Both the position numbers and the translations under genes were made by a program. From Candidatus Limnocylindria bacterium (GTDB lineage Bacteria > Chloroflexota > Limnocylindria > QHBO01): 44,754 nucleotides of DNA. Of the stretch, positions 17,729 to 26,995 are shown piece by piece. Under the pieces are notes generated by a model, which saw only the letters and a list, made by a program, of their open reading frames with translations, was not told where the DNA came from and ran no database searches. The DNA lies in NCBI GenBank assembly GCA_035692365.1, contig DASSIB010000030.1:1-44754 (forward strand), read 5' to 3'. Position 1 is the first letter of the stretch. Each line of letters starts with the position of its first letter.

Positions 17729-17770
17729 AGGGCCCCGGACCCCCCTCCCGGAACACTCGGGCGGACCCCG

Positions 17771-18163
17771 CTAGCGCTTGGTGTACTGCGGCGCCTTGCG
17801 GGCTCGCTTGAGGCCGTACTTCTTCCGCTCCTTGGCCCGCGGATCGCGCGTCAGCAACCCGGCGGCCCGAAGCGCGGCGCGTGCGTCGGGGTGGGCGCTC
17901 AGCAGCGCGCGAGCGATCCCGTGCCGGATTGCGCCCGCCTGGCCGGAGAAGCCGCCACCGGCGACCAGGACGCTGGCCGAATAGCGACCCTCGGTCTCCG
18001 TCACACGGAACGGCAGGCGCAGCGTGGCCAGGCCGGGCGTCCCGCCGAAGTAGTCGGCGGCGTCCTTGCCGTTCACCACGATGCTGCCGTCGCCCGGCAG
18101 GAGTCGCACGCGCGCGACTGCCTCCTTGCGTCTGCCCGTTCCGTAGACGTAGCTGGTGCTCAC
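17771..18163 (-). CDS. rpsI: 30S ribosomal protein S9
   Basis: ORF trimmed to GTG 18163, preceded by GGAGGAA with a 7-nt spacing. Contains [13 protein letters not shown] and ends in KAPQYTKR. Confidence 0.93.
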   Translation of the reverse strand: MSTSYVYGTGRRKEAVARVRLLPGDGSIVVNGKDAADYFGGTPGLATLRLPFRVTETEGRYSASVLVAGGGFSGQAGAIRHGIARALLSAHPDARAALRAAGLLTRDPRAKERKKYGLKRARKAPQYTKR

Positions 18164-18176
18164 CGGTGCGTTCCTC

Positions 18177-18605
18177 CTACAGCTCGGCAGCCGTCGGCTG
18201 CTGTGCCTGATGGCGGTGCTCCGGCCCGCGATAGACATGGAGCTTCTTGAACATTGCCCGACCGAGGCGGTTCTGCGGGAGCATCCCCTTCACGGCCCGC
18301 TCGATCACGATCTCCGGCTTGCGGGCCATCAGGGCCTCGAGGCTCTCCTCGCGCAGCCCGCCCGGGTAGCCGGAGTGGCGGTAGTAGGCCTTCTGGGTCA
18401 GCTTGTTGCCGGTCACCTTGACCTTGGCGGCGTTGATGACCACGACGTGGTCACCGGTGTCGAGGTGGGGAGTGTAGATCGGCTTGTGCTTCCCCTCGAG
18501 CAGCGTGGCGATGCGCGTGGCGAGGCGACCCAGCGTCTGGTCAGTGGCATCCACCACGAACCAGCTCCGCTCGATCTCGCTCGCCTTGACTGCGTACGTT
18601 GTCAC
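18177..18605 (-). CDS. rplM: 50S ribosomal protein L13
   Basis: [20 protein letters not shown]... The GTG start at 18605 overlaps the truA TGA (GTGA). Confidence 0.96.
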   Translation of the reverse strand: MTTYAVKASEIERSWFVVDATDQTLGRLATRIATLLEGKHKPIYTPHLDTGDHVVVINAAKVKVTGNKLTQKAYYRHSGYPGGLREESLEALMARKPEIVIERAVKGMLPQNRLGRAMFKKLHVYRGPEHRHQAQQPTAAEL

Positions 18606-19420
18606 GTTGCCTTCTTCCTCGATCCAGGTGCGGCTGGTGCCGTATTCGAATAGATGACCCGCTCGAGCGTCAGCCCGCGCGCCGGTGCCGCGCGCCCGTG
18701 AAGGGCACGTTCATCGGCGTCGAGCAGCCCGGCGACCGATCCGGGTGCCAGCCTTCCGCGTCCCGCCTCCAGCAGGAGGGCCACGATGCTGCGCACCATT
18801 CGCCTCAGGAACGCGTTGGCCGTGACACGGACCTCCACCGAGGTTCCGTGCTGCACGACCGACACCTCCCGCAGGTGGCGGACGGTTCGACCCTCTGCGT
18901 TGCTCCCCAGCGCCGCGAAGTCTCGCTCGCCAGGGAGCTCAGCCGCCACGGCCCGCATGGCCGCGACGTCGAGCCGATCGCCGATCTCGAGCGTCCGATG
19001 CCGGTCCCCCGGCCGCTTCTCCCCCGCCATCCGGATTCGGTAGCGGTAGACCCGCGAGCGGGCGTCGCGCCGGGGGTCGAAACCCTCCTGCGCCGAACGG
19101 AGCGAGCGCACCGCCAGGTCTGGCGGGAGGGCTGCGTTCAGCCGTCGCCGCAGTTCCGGCCACCCGATCCACTCGCCGCGTGGGCGGCGAGCGAGGCAGA
19201 AGGCCGCGACCTGGCCGGTGGCGTGCACCCCGGCATCGGTTCGCCCGGCGAATCGGACTCGTATCCGCTCGCCGGTCAGTCTGTTAAGCGCCTCCTCCAG
19301 CTCCCCCTGCACCGTCCGCACGCGCGGCTGGTACTGGGAGCCGGCGAAGTCGGTCCCGTCGTACTCGATCACCGCCCGTGCACATCGTCGTCCAGCAGGT
19401 GGCATCGGTCCGTCTTCCAT
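18602..19420 (-). CDS. truA: tRNA pseudouridine(38-40) synthase TruA
   Basis: Contains [13 protein letters not shown] and RTDAGVHA (catalytic Asp). The start is ATG 19420, or alternatively ATG 19405. The longer ORF start at 19489 would overlap rplQ. Confidence 0.88.
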   Translation of the reverse strand: MEDGPMPPAGRRCARAVIEYDGTDFAGSQYQPRVRTVQGELEEALNRLTGERIRVRFAGRTDAGVHATGQVAAFCLARRPRGEWIGWPELRRRLNAALPPDLAVRSLRSAQEGFDPRRDARSRVYRYRIRMAGEKRPGDRHRTLEIGDRLDVAAMRAVAAELPGERDFAALGSNAEGRTVRHLREVSVVQHGTSVEVRVTANAFLRRMVRSIVALLLEAGRGRLAPGSVAGLLDADERALHGRAAPARGLTLERVIYSNTAPAAPGSRKKAT

Positions 19421-19448
19421 TGTCCGCCCAGTTCGCTGCGGGCCTGAG

Positions 19449-19802
19449 CTAGACCAGCTCGATCTGGACGATGGCCGCCGCGTCTCCAAGCCGTGGCCCG
19501 ATCTTGACGATGCGGGTGTAGCCGGAGCTGCGATCGGCGTATTTGGTGGCCAGCTCGCCCATCAGCTTGTCGATGATGAGGGGCTCGTCCGGCATGGCCG
19601 AGATCAGGAGGCGCCGCGCCGAGAGGTCGCCGCGCTTCGCCAGCGTGATCATGTGGTCGACGCGGCCGCGGACCTCCTTGGCCTTCGCCTCGGTGGTGCG
19701 GACCTTCTCGTAGCGAAGCACCGACACCGCCAGGTTGTCCAGCATGTGCAGGCGGTGGTCGCTTGCGCGGCCGAGCCTGCGGCCGGCCAACCGATGCGGC
19801 AT
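19449..19802 (-). CDS. rplQ: 50S ribosomal protein L17
   Basis: MPHRLAGRRLGRASDHRLHML... and YTRIVKIGPRLGD. Confidence 0.96.
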   Translation of the reverse strand: MPHRLAGRRLGRASDHRLHMLDNLAVSVLRYEKVRTTEAKAKEVRGRVDHMITLAKRGDLSARRLLISAMPDEPLIIDKLMGELATKYADRSSGYTRIVKIGPRLGDAAAIVQIELV

Positions 19803-19805
19803 CGA

Positions 19806-20825
19806 TCAGCCCTCCCGGTCGAGCTCTGCGGCGGCGGCCTCGTCGAGCTCTGCCGCGGCCGGCAGGTCCGACTCGTCGACACTTCCGCCCGTGCTCTCCG
19901 GCACGATGAAGCCACGAAGGGCGAGGCGCTCCTTCATCTCGTCGAGGCTCTTCTTGCCGAAGTTGCGCATCCGCAGCAGCTCGTCGTCACCGAGCGCCAG
20001 CAGCTGGCCGATCTTGGTGATGTTGTTGCGCTTCAGGCTGTTGTAGGCGCGCATCGGCAGGTCGAGCTCCTCGATCGGCGCATCGAGCAGGTTGGCGCTG
20101 ACCAGCGCCGGCGCATCCTCGGCGCCGGGAAGCGGCCGCCGGCCGATCTCGGCGAAGCGGCTGAACTCCGCGACGAGGATCTCGGCGGCACTCGAGAGCG
20201 CCGCCTTCGGAGTGGTCGTCCCGTCAGTCTCGATCTCGAGGGTGAGGCGGTCGAAGTTGGTCATCTGCCCGACCCGCGTGTCGCTGACGATGAAGTTCAC
20301 GCGGCGCACGGGGGTGAAGATCGCGTCGACCGGGATGATCCCGATCGGCAGGTCCTCGGCGTGCTCCGCGGGGCGGTAGCCGACGCCGGTCTCGACGGTC
20401 AGGTCCATCTCGATCGACCCCGCGTCCGAGTCGAGGGTCAGGAGGAGGAGCTCCGGGTTGACGATCTCGACATCGGCCGACTCGGTGATGTCGGCCGCGG
20501 TGACCGGGCCTGCGCCATGCTTCATCAGCTTGAGCGTCACGGCGTGGCGCGCGAACGAGCGGAGGCGGAGCTTCTTGATGTTGAGGACGATCTGGGTGAC
20601 GTCCTCCTTGACGTTATCGATGGTGCTGAATTCGTGGAAGACACCAGCCACCTGGACGGAGGTGACGGCGGCTCCCTCGAGCGAGTTCAGCAGGACGCGG
20701 CGCAGGGCGTTGCCGAGCGTCACCCCGTAGCCATCGGCCAGCGGATTGACCTCGAAGATGGACAGGTCGCCGCGCGTTTCGACCTCCTCGATGCGGGTGG
20801 TCGGCGTGGACTCAAGTTCGATCAT
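19806..20825 (-). CDS. rpoA: DNA-directed RNA polymerase subunit alpha
   Basis: 339 aa. Contains GYGVTLGNALRRVLL and the C-terminal-domain motif RAYNSLKRNNI. Confidence 0.97.
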   Translation of the reverse strand: MIELESTPTTRIEEVETRGDLSIFEVNPLADGYGVTLGNALRRVLLNSLEGAAVTSVQVAGVFHEFSTIDNVKEDVTQIVLNIKKLRLRSFARHAVTLKLMKHGAGPVTAADITESADVEIVNPELLLLTLDSDAGSIEMDLTVETGVGYRPAEHAEDLPIGIIPVDAIFTPVRRVNFIVSDTRVGQMTNFDRLTLEIETDGTTTPKAALSSAAEILVAEFSRFAEIGRRPLPGAEDAPALVSANLLDAPIEELDLPMRAYNSLKRNNITKIGQLLALGDDELLRMRNFGKKSLDEMKERLALRGFIVPESTGGSVDESDLPAAAELDEAAAAELDREG

Positions 20826-20846
20826 GAACGCGTCTGACTCCTGCTG

Positions 20847-21473
20847 CTATCGCGAGTAGTACTCGACGACGAGCTGCTCGTTGAATTCGAGCGGCATCTG
20901 CTCCCTCGCGGGTTCGGCCATGACCGATCCGGCCAGCTTGGACGGATCGATGCTCACCCACTCGGGGATGGATGCCGACTTCATCGTCTCGGCGGCGGTC
21001 TTGAAGATCTCGCGACCGCGTCGACTCTCCCGGACTTCGATCTTGTCGCCGATCTTGGTCCCGAAGCTTGCAATGTTGGTGGGCCGGCCATTCACGGCGA
21101 AATGCCGATGGTTGACGAGCTGCCGCGCCTCGGCCCGAGACCGCGCGAAGCCCATGCGGTATACGACGTTGTCGAGGCGCATCTCCAGCATGCGGAGGAG
21201 GTTCTCGCCGGTCATCCCCTGGCGCTGCTCGGCCTTGGCGAAGTAGTTGCGGAACTGCTTCTCGAGGACGGAGTAGCTGCGACGCACCTTCTGCTTCTCG
21301 CGCATCTGCATCCCGAACTCGCTCACCTTGCGGCGGCGCTGGGTGTTCATGCCGGGCGGGGTGCTGCGGCGCTCGAAGGCGCACTTCTTGCTGAAGCAGC
21401 GGCTCCCCTTCAGGAAGAGCTTGAGCCCCTCGCGGCGGCAGATGCGGCAGACCGGATCGGTGTAGCGGGCCAT
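20847..21473 (-). CDS. rpsD: 30S ribosomal protein S4 (Cys4 zinc-finger form)
   Basis: ORF trimmed to ATG 21473 ([31 protein letters not shown]). Ends in VVEYYSR. Confidence 0.95.
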   Translation of the reverse strand: MARYTDPVCRICRREGLKLFLKGSRCFSKKCAFERRSTPPGMNTQRRRKVSEFGMQMREKQKVRRSYSVLEKQFRNYFAKAEQRQGMTGENLLRMLEMRLDNVVYRMGFARSRAEARQLVNHRHFAVNGRPTNIASFGTKIGDKIEVRESRRGREIFKTAAETMKSASIPEWVSIDPSKLAGSVMAEPAREQMPLEFNEQLVVEYYSR

Positions 21474-21477
21474 CGGC

Positions 21478-21873
21478 TCAGACCCTGCGCCGCTTCGGAG
21501 GGCGGCAGCCGTTGTGCGGGATCGGGGTGACGTCGGTGATGGCGGTGACCTCCAGGCCTGCCGTCTGGAGCGAGCGAATCGCCTGCTCGCGGCCGGCGCC
21601 CGGGCCCTTGACGAAGACTTCGATCTGGCGCATCCCATGCTCCATGGCGCGCTTCGCGGCGCCGTCGGCGGTCTGTGCGGCGGCGTACGGCGTGCTCTTG
21701 CGCGAGCCCTTGAACCCGACCAGCCCGGCGCTGCCCCAGCTGATCACGTTCCCGGTCATGTCCGTGATGGTCACGATCGTGTTGTTGAACGTCGACTGGA
21801 TGTGGGCGTGCCCGGTCGGCACGTTCTTCTTCTCGCGCTTCTTGGTGCGGGTCGCCTTCTTTCGCTCAGCCAT
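21478..21873 (-). CDS. rpsK: 30S ribosomal protein S11
   Basis: [18 protein letters not shown] and a C-terminal [13 protein letters not shown]. Confidence 0.97.
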   Translation of the reverse strand: MAERKKATRTKKREKKNVPTGHAHIQSTFNNTIVTITDMTGNVISWGSAGLVGFKGSRKSTPYAAAQTADGAAKRAMEHGMRQIEVFVKGPGAGREQAIRSLQTAGLEVTAITDVTPIPHNGCRPPKRRRV

Positions 21874-21888
21874 GGAACTCCTGTGTCG

Positions 21889-22260
21889 CTACTTCTTGCG
21901 GCGAACGCCGACGGTCTTGCGCGGACCGCGCCGCTGCCGAGCGTTGGTCTTGGTGCGCTGGCCACGCACCGGCAGGTTGCGCCGGTGTCGAAGGCCCCGG
22001 TACGAGCCGATCTCCATCAGCCGCTTGATGTTCATGCTCACTTCGCGGCGAAGGTCGCCCTCCACCTTGAAGCGCTTGTCGATGACCTCGCGGAGGCGGT
22101 TGACCTCCTCCTCGGTGAGGTCGCGGACGCGCGTCGCCTGGGGCACGTTGGCCGCCGTCAGGATCTGTTGCGACGAGCTCGGCCCGATCCCGTGGATGTA
22201 GGTCAGCGAGATCACGACCCGCTTCTCGCGGGGAATGTCTACACCGGCGATGCGTGCCAT
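21889..22260 (-). CDS. rpsM: 30S ribosomal protein S13
   Basis: [26 protein letters not shown]. Confidence 0.97.
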   Translation of the reverse strand: MARIAGVDIPREKRVVISLTYIHGIGPSSSQQILTAANVPQATRVRDLTEEEVNRLREVIDKRFKVEGDLRREVSMNIKRLMEIGSYRGLRHRRNLPVRGQRTKTNARQRRGPRKTVGVRRKK

Positions 22261-22267
22261 CGGCGCC

Positions 22268-22381
22268 TTATCCCTGTCGCTGCTTGTGCTTGGGGATGAC
22301 GCAGATGACCATCACCACGCCGGAGCGCTTGATGACCTTGCACCGCTCGCAGCGCGGCTTCACGGAGGCAGAAACCTTCAT
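22268..22381 (-). CDS. rpmJ: 50S ribosomal protein L36 (zinc-binding form)
   Basis: Absent from the ORF track because it is only 37 aa. Hand translation gives [37 protein letters not shown] followed by TAA. The ATG overlaps the infA TGA (ATGA at 22378-22381). Confidence 0.95.
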   Translation of the reverse strand: MKVSASVKPRCERCKVIKRSGVVMVICVIPKHKQRQG

Positions 22382-22596
22382 CTCATCCTGTAGGTGATGC
22401 GACCCCTGGTGAGGTCGTAGGGACTCAGCTCGACGCGGACCGTGTCGCCGGGCAGGATGCGGATGAAGTTCTGGCGCAGCTTGCCGGAGATGTGGGCGAG
22501 GACCTCGTGGCCATTCTCCAGTCGCACCTTGAACATCGCGTTGGGCAAGGGGAGCACTACCTCGCCCTCGACCTCGATCGCATCCTTCTTCGCCAA
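22378..22596 (-). CDS. infA: Translation initiation factor IF-1
   Basis: [40 protein letters not shown] verified by hand that the start codon is TTG (22596-22594). Confidence 0.96.
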   Translation of the reverse strand: MAKKDAIEVEGEVVLPLPNAMFKVRLENGHEVLAHISGKLRQNFIRILPGDTVRVELSPYDLTRGRITYRMR

Positions 22597-22684
22597 GCGC
22601 TACGCAACCTCGAACTGCTGATCAGCTGCAAATCTGTTGGGAACACACGGAAAGGCCGCCGCACGGGGCGACCATGGAAAAGGG

Positions 22685-22714
22685 AGTATACACGAGGCGC
22701 CATGCCGAGCACAA
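22685..22714 (-). promoter_or_regulatory. Candidate internal promoter upstream of infA: -35 TTGTGC, 18-nt spacer, -10 TATACT
   Basis: The -10 hexamer (TATACT) and the 18-nt spacer length match the rpsL promoter, but the -35 is weak (3 of 6). It lies in the 136-nt map-infA spacer, which looks to be the least GC-rich stretch of the window. Confidence 0.35.
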
Positions 22715-22732
22715 CGCCGATCAGAGCGGCAT

Positions 22733-23500
22733 TCAGGCACGGGTGAGCACCTCCGGCCCGGTTGCGGTGACGGCGATCGTGTCCTCGAAATGGGCCGAGA
22801 TGCTGCCGTCGGCGGTGACCACTGTCCAGCCGTCATCGAGCAGCGCGACGTCGTCGCCGCCCAGGTTGAACATCGGCTCGATCGCGAAGCACATCCCCGC
22901 CTCGATCCGCATCCCCGTCCCCGGGCGCCCGTAGTTCGGCACCTGCGGATCCTCGTGCATGGCCGTGCCGATGCCGTGGCCGACGAGGTGGCGGACGATC
23001 CCGTAGCCGTGCTCCTGCGCGACCGCCTGGACGGCGGCGCCGACATCGCCGAGGCGGTTGCCGGGAACGGCCGCGGCGATGCCCGCCTCCATCCCCCGTC
23101 GCGTGGCGTCGATCAGCCGCGCGAGACGCTCGGAGACCGGCCCGACGGCGAAGGTGCGGGCGGTGTCGGCATGCCAGCCCTGCCAGATGCAGCCGATGTC
23201 CAGCCCCACCAGGTCGCCGGCGCCGATCCGACGCGTGCGCGCCGGGATGCCGTGCACGACCTCGTCGTTGATCGAGACGCAGATCGAGCCTGGGAAGGGG
23301 ATGACTCCCCGCGAGCCGCCATAGCCGAGGAACGAGGGGGTCGCGCCGGCGTCACGGATCATTCGCTCGGCGATCACGTCAAGCTCCGCGGTGGTGACTC
23401 CGGGGCGCAGCTCCCCCTCGAGGACCCGGAGGACATCGGCCAGGATGGCGCCCGCATGCCGCATCCGGGCCACCTCCTCGGGGCGCTTGATCGTCACCAT
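22733..23500 (-). CDS. map: Methionine aminopeptidase, type I
   Basis: 255 aa with the metal ligands in DIGCIWQGWHAD, HGIG and FAIEP. Confidence 0.95.
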   Translation of the reverse strand: MVTIKRPEEVARMRHAGAILADVLRVLEGELRPGVTTAELDVIAERMIRDAGATPSFLGYGGSRGVIPFPGSICVSINDEVVHGIPARTRRIGAGDLVGLDIGCIWQGWHADTARTFAVGPVSERLARLIDATRRGMEAGIAAAVPGNRLGDVGAAVQAVAQEHGYGIVRHLVGHGIGTAMHEDPQVPNYGRPGTGMRIEAGMCFAIEPMFNLGGDDVALLDDGWTVVTADGSISAHFEDTIAVTATGPEVLTRA

Positions 23501-24189
23501 CCGGCGCGCAGGCCTTCGAGGATCTCGTTCGTCACCGCATCGATCGGCTGGGTGCCGTCCACGTGCTGCACGATCCCCGTCTGGTCGTAGTACTCGAGCA
23601 CCTCGAGCATGGGCAGCACCTGCTTCGCGAGCCGGGCGCGCACCACCTCGGGTCGATCGTCATCGCGCTGCTGCAGCTCCGCCCCATCGTTGTCGCAGCG
23701 TCCGGGGACACGCGGCGGGTCGCCCGCGACGTGGTACGGAGTGCCGCACTCGGGGCAGACGCGACGACCGGCGACACGCGCCACGAGCTCCTCGACGGGG
23801 ACCTCGATCGAGATCACCCGCTCGATCCGCTCCCCGCGGTCCGCGAGCGTCGCGTCCAGGGCCCTCGCCTGTGCAACCGTGCGCGGGAAACCGTCGAGGA
23901 TCGCGCCACGCATCGCCGCCGGCTGCGACAGCTCCTGCATGAACATCTGGATGGTGACGTCGTCGGGCACGAGGTCGCCTCGCTCCATGTAGGCGCGGGC
24001 CTGCTCGCCAAGCTCGCTGCCGTCGCGCAGCGCCTGACGGAAGAGGTTGCCGGAGGCGAGGTGCGCCAGGCCGAGCTCGGTGCTGAGTGCCGCCGCCTGG
24101 GTCCCCTTGCCCGCGCCGACCGAGCCGACCAACAGAAGGATCCGCCGGCCGGTGGCCGACGCCGCCGGGCTGCCGCCCGGATCGGTCAC
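23494..24189 (-). CDS. adk: Adenylate kinase (Cys3-Asp zinc lid)
   Basis: Contains GFPRT. The lid reads CPECG...GRCDNDG. The P-loop reads GSVGAGKGT rather than the usual GPPGAGKGT. The GTG start at 24189 overlaps the secY TGA, and an N-terminal extension of about 15 aa is present. Confidence 0.92.
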   Translation of the reverse strand: MTDPGGSPAASATGRRILLLVGSVGAGKGTQAAALSTELGLAHLASGNLFRQALRDGSELGEQARAYMERGDLVPDDVTIQMFMQELSQPAAMRGAILDGFPRTVAQARALDATLADRGERIERVISIEVPVEELVARVAGRRVCPECGTPYHVAGDPPRVPGRCDNDGAELQQRDDDRPEVVRARLAKQVLPMLEVLEYYDQTGIVQHVDGTQPIDAVTNEILEGLRAGW

Positions 24190-25469
24190 CGGATGAAGCC
24201 CTCGTAGTGGCGCATCAGCATCTGCGCCTCGAGCTGCTTCATCGTCTCGACCACGACGCTGACGACGATCAGGACGCTCGTGCCGCCGAGCTGGAGTCCC
24301 TCCGTGCCGGGGATCGCGGCCGATACCAGGAGTGGCAGGACGGCCAGGGTGGCCAGGAAGAGGGCGCCGCCGAGCGTGATGCGGTTCGTGATGCGGCCCA
24401 GGAACTCCTCCGTCGGCTTCCCGGGGCGAATGCCGGGGATGAAGCCGCCGTTCTTGCGCAGGAAGTCGGCGGTCTGGTCGGGCCGGAACTGGAACGCCGT
24501 GTAGAAGTAGGTGAAGAACACGACCAGCACGAAGTAGAGCAGGCCGTACACGGCCGGATTGCTCTGGCTCAGGTTCGCGACCACGAAGTCCGCAACGCTC
24601 TTCACCCAGTCGATGGTCGAGGTCTGGAAGTAGGACGCGATCTGCGCCGGGAAGAGGAGGATGCTGATGGCGAAGATGATCGGGATCACACCGGCCATCG
24701 TCACCTTCAAGGGGAGGTACTGGGTCTGGCCCTGGTACATGCGCCGCCCGCGCACGCGGCTGGCGTACTGGACCGGGATCCGCCGCTGGCCCTCGTTGAT
24801 GAAGACCACACCGGCGATCACCACGATGGCGATGATGATGAACGGGATGATCCGCAACAGGCCGTCCGGGCCGGTCGCGATCGGCGCCGCCGTGTGTGGC
24901 AACCGCCCCACGATGCCGGCGAAGATGATGAAGCTGATTCCATTGCCGAGGCCGCGCTCGCTGATCAGCTCACCGAGCCACATCAGCAGGATCGTGCCGG
25001 CGGTGAAGGAGAGGAGGAGGGACAGCGTCTCGAAGCTGAAGAGCGGGTTCGCCGGGATGACGCCGTTCGCGGAGAGCAGTACGGAGAACCCGTAGCCCTG
25101 GGCGAAGGCCATCGGGATCGTCAGCAGGCGGGTGTACTGGTTGAGCCGATTGCGCCCGTACTCGCCCTCGCGGGCCAGCTCGCCGAGGCTCGGAATCACC
25201 CCCTGCATCAGCTGCATGATGATGCTGGCGTTGATGTAGGGGTTCACCCCCATCCCGATGATCGACGCCGTCGCCAGGCCACCACCGGAGAAGAGGTCGA
25301 GCAGGCCCAGCAGCTGGTTGGTCTCGAACAGGTTCGACAGCTGCGCCTGGTCCACGTTCGGGACCGGGACGTTCGTGAGGGCACGGAAGACGAGCAGGAT
25401 CCCGAGCGTGAAGAGGATCTTGCGGCGGATGTCCGGTGCGCGGAACGCCTGGACCAGGGACTCGATCAC
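24186..25469 (-). CDS. secY: Protein translocase subunit SecY
   Basis: 427 aa, ten-TM profile, with GMGVNPYINASIIMQL. The GTG start at 25469 abuts the rplO TAG. Confidence 0.96.
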   Translation of the reverse strand: MIESLVQAFRAPDIRRKILFTLGILLVFRALTNVPVPNVDQAQLSNLFETNQLLGLLDLFSGGGLATASIIGMGVNPYINASIIMQLMQGVIPSLGELAREGEYGRNRLNQYTRLLTIPMAFAQGYGFSVLLSANGVIPANPLFSFETLSLLLSFTAGTILLMWLGELISERGLGNGISFIIFAGIVGRLPHTAAPIATGPDGLLRIIPFIIIAIVVIAGVVFINEGQRRIPVQYASRVRGRRMYQGQTQYLPLKVTMAGVIPIIFAISILLFPAQIASYFQTSTIDWVKSVADFVVANLSQSNPAVYGLLYFVLVVFFTYFYTAFQFRPDQTADFLRKNGGFIPGIRPGKPTEEFLGRITNRITLGGALFLATLAVLPLLVSAAIPGTEGLQLGGTSVLIVVSVVVETMKQLEAQMLMRHYEGFIR

Positions 25470-26171
25470 CTAGGACTCGCTCTCGCTCTCGGTCTCGCTG
25501 ACTGACTCGGTGTCGCCATCCGGCTCCGGCACGTTGTCGGGCCGGGTCGCCTCAGGGGCGCCAGATTCGGAGGCCGCCTCCGCTGCTTCAGCATCGGCCT
25601 CGTCCTTCGCCTTGCTTGCAGAAGCCTTCCTGGCCGACGCCTTCCTGGCGCGCTGGCCGGTCGGCCCGGAATCGGCCGGGGCCTCCGGCTCGAACGAGAT
25701 CGGCGCCCCATCCGGCCAGCTGATCAGCTGCGCCGTGCTGCCCGCCGCCGCGAGCTTGGCCAGGGCCGAACGCGTGAACGCGTGGGCGTGGATCGTAACG
25801 CCGCGCGGGGCATCGCCCCCGCCCAGGATCTTGACCGGCATCGGCCGGGTCTTCTGGTCGCGCACGAGCTGGTCATGCCGCAGCACGTCCGGCGTAATCA
25901 GCGTGCCGGCCGCCGCCTCAGTCAGCCGCCCCAGGTTCAGCGGGGCGTACTCGACCCGGAACCGGTTCTTGAATCCGTGCAGCTTCGGGGTCCTGATGTG
26001 GAGTGGTGTCTGGCCGCCCTCGAACCAGGCGGGGATGCCGCCACCGGCTCGCGACTTCTGCCCCTTCGTGCCGCGGCCGGCGGTCTTGCCTCGGCCCGAG
26101 CCGTGGCCGCGGCCGAGGCGGCGTGGCGGCTGGTGCGAGCCGGGGCGTGGCCGTGGGTCGTGCAGCTTCAT
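25470..26171 (-). CDS. rplO: 50S ribosomal protein L15 with an 83-aa low-complexity C-terminal tail
   Basis: The L15 core (GRGHGSGRGKTAGRGTKGQKSR ... AAAGSTAQLI) spans aa 1-150. It is followed by a tail rich in Ala, Ser, Glu and Pro that ends in SETESESES. Confidence 0.92.
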   Translation of the reverse strand: MKLHDPRPRPGSHQPPRRLGRGHGSGRGKTAGRGTKGQKSRAGGGIPAWFEGGQTPLHIRTPKLHGFKNRFRVEYAPLNLGRLTEAAAGTLITPDVLRHDQLVRDQKTRPMPVKILGGGDAPRGVTIHAHAFTRSALAKLAAAGSTAQLISWPDGAPISFEPEAPADSGPTGQRARKASARKASASKAKDEADAEAAEAASESGAPEATRPDNVPEPDGDTESVSETESESES

Positions 26172-26375
26172 CTAGCCCTCCCCCTTGCTCGGCCCGGCGG
26201 TCGCCGGCTCATCCACCGTCACCAGGAAGGCGACGCGGCGCAGCATGCCGCGGGTCACCGCGTTGTCGGCGACCTCGACCGTCTCGTTGAGACGATGCAG
26301 CCCGAGCGCGCGGATCGTGCCGCGGGCACCTGCCCTGTGGCCGATCGTCGACTTGACCCAGGTGACGCGCAGCAT
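26172..26375 (-). CDS. rpmD: 50S ribosomal protein L30
   Basis: ORF trimmed to ATG 26375 (MLRVTWVKSTIGHRAGARGTIRALGL). GTG 26411, which would overlap the rpsE stop by 11 nt, is an alternative start. Confidence 0.9.
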   Translation of the reverse strand: MLRVTWVKSTIGHRAGARGTIRALGLHRLNETVEVADNAVTRGMLRRVAFLVTVDEPATAGPSKGEG

Positions 26376-26400
26376 CGGCCCGCTGCTCGCCGCCTTGCGC

Positions 26401-26985
26401 TTACCTGCCACGGCCGCCTCCACCGAATGCGGGCGCGGGGCGCTCGACGTACTCGTGCGGACGGCGGGCAGCCTCCGCACCGCGCTTGCCGAGGAGCCGC
26501 TCAGCGGTCGTGCCGCGGCTGCGGGCGATGTCGTCGGCGGAGCGCAGTGAGCGCAGCGCCTCGATGGTCGCGCGCACCACGTTGACCGGGTTCGTGCTGC
26601 CCATCGACTTCGACAGGATGTCGCGGATGCCGGCCGCCTCCACCACCGAGCGGACGGAGCCCCCGGCGATCACGCCTGTGCCGGCCGAGGCCGGGCGCAG
26701 GAGGACGGTGCTGGCGCCGAAGTCGACGCTCACGGCGTGCGGAATCGAGGTGCCGACCAGGGGGACGCGCACGAGGTGCTTCTTGGCGTCCTCGACGCCC
26801 TTGCGGATCGCCTCGGGCACCTCGCCGGCCTTGCCGAGACCGGCGCCGACGACCCCGTTGCCGTCGCCGACGACCACGACCGCGCTGAAGCTGAAGCGCC
26901 GTCCGCCCTTGACGACCTTCGCGACGCGGTTGATCTGGACGACCTTTTCCTCCAGGTTGAGCTTGGTTGGGTCGATGCGAGCCAT
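26401..26985 (-). CDS. rpsE: 30S ribosomal protein S5
   Basis: ORF trimmed to ATG 26985, which is preceded by GGAGGAACC. Contains [22 protein letters not shown] basic C-terminal extension of about 30 aa is present. Confidence 0.95.
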   Translation of the reverse strand: MARIDPTKLNLEEKVVQINRVAKVVKGGRRFSFSAVVVVGDGNGVVGAGLGKAGEVPEAIRKGVEDAKKHLVRVPLVGTSIPHAVSVDFGASTVLLRPASAGTGVIAGGSVRSVVEAAGIRDILSKSMGSTNPVNVVRATIEALRSLRSADDIARSRGTTAERLLGKRGAEAARRPHEYVERPAPAFGGGGRGR

Positions 26986-26995
26986 GGTTCCTCCG

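Noticed and set aside
17729-17770. Possible terminator or promoter in the rpsI-cdaA spacer
   Set aside because: I found only a 4-bp inverted repeat (CCCG...CGGG) and a short direct repeat (CGGACCCC). There is no U-tract and no -10-like hexamer.
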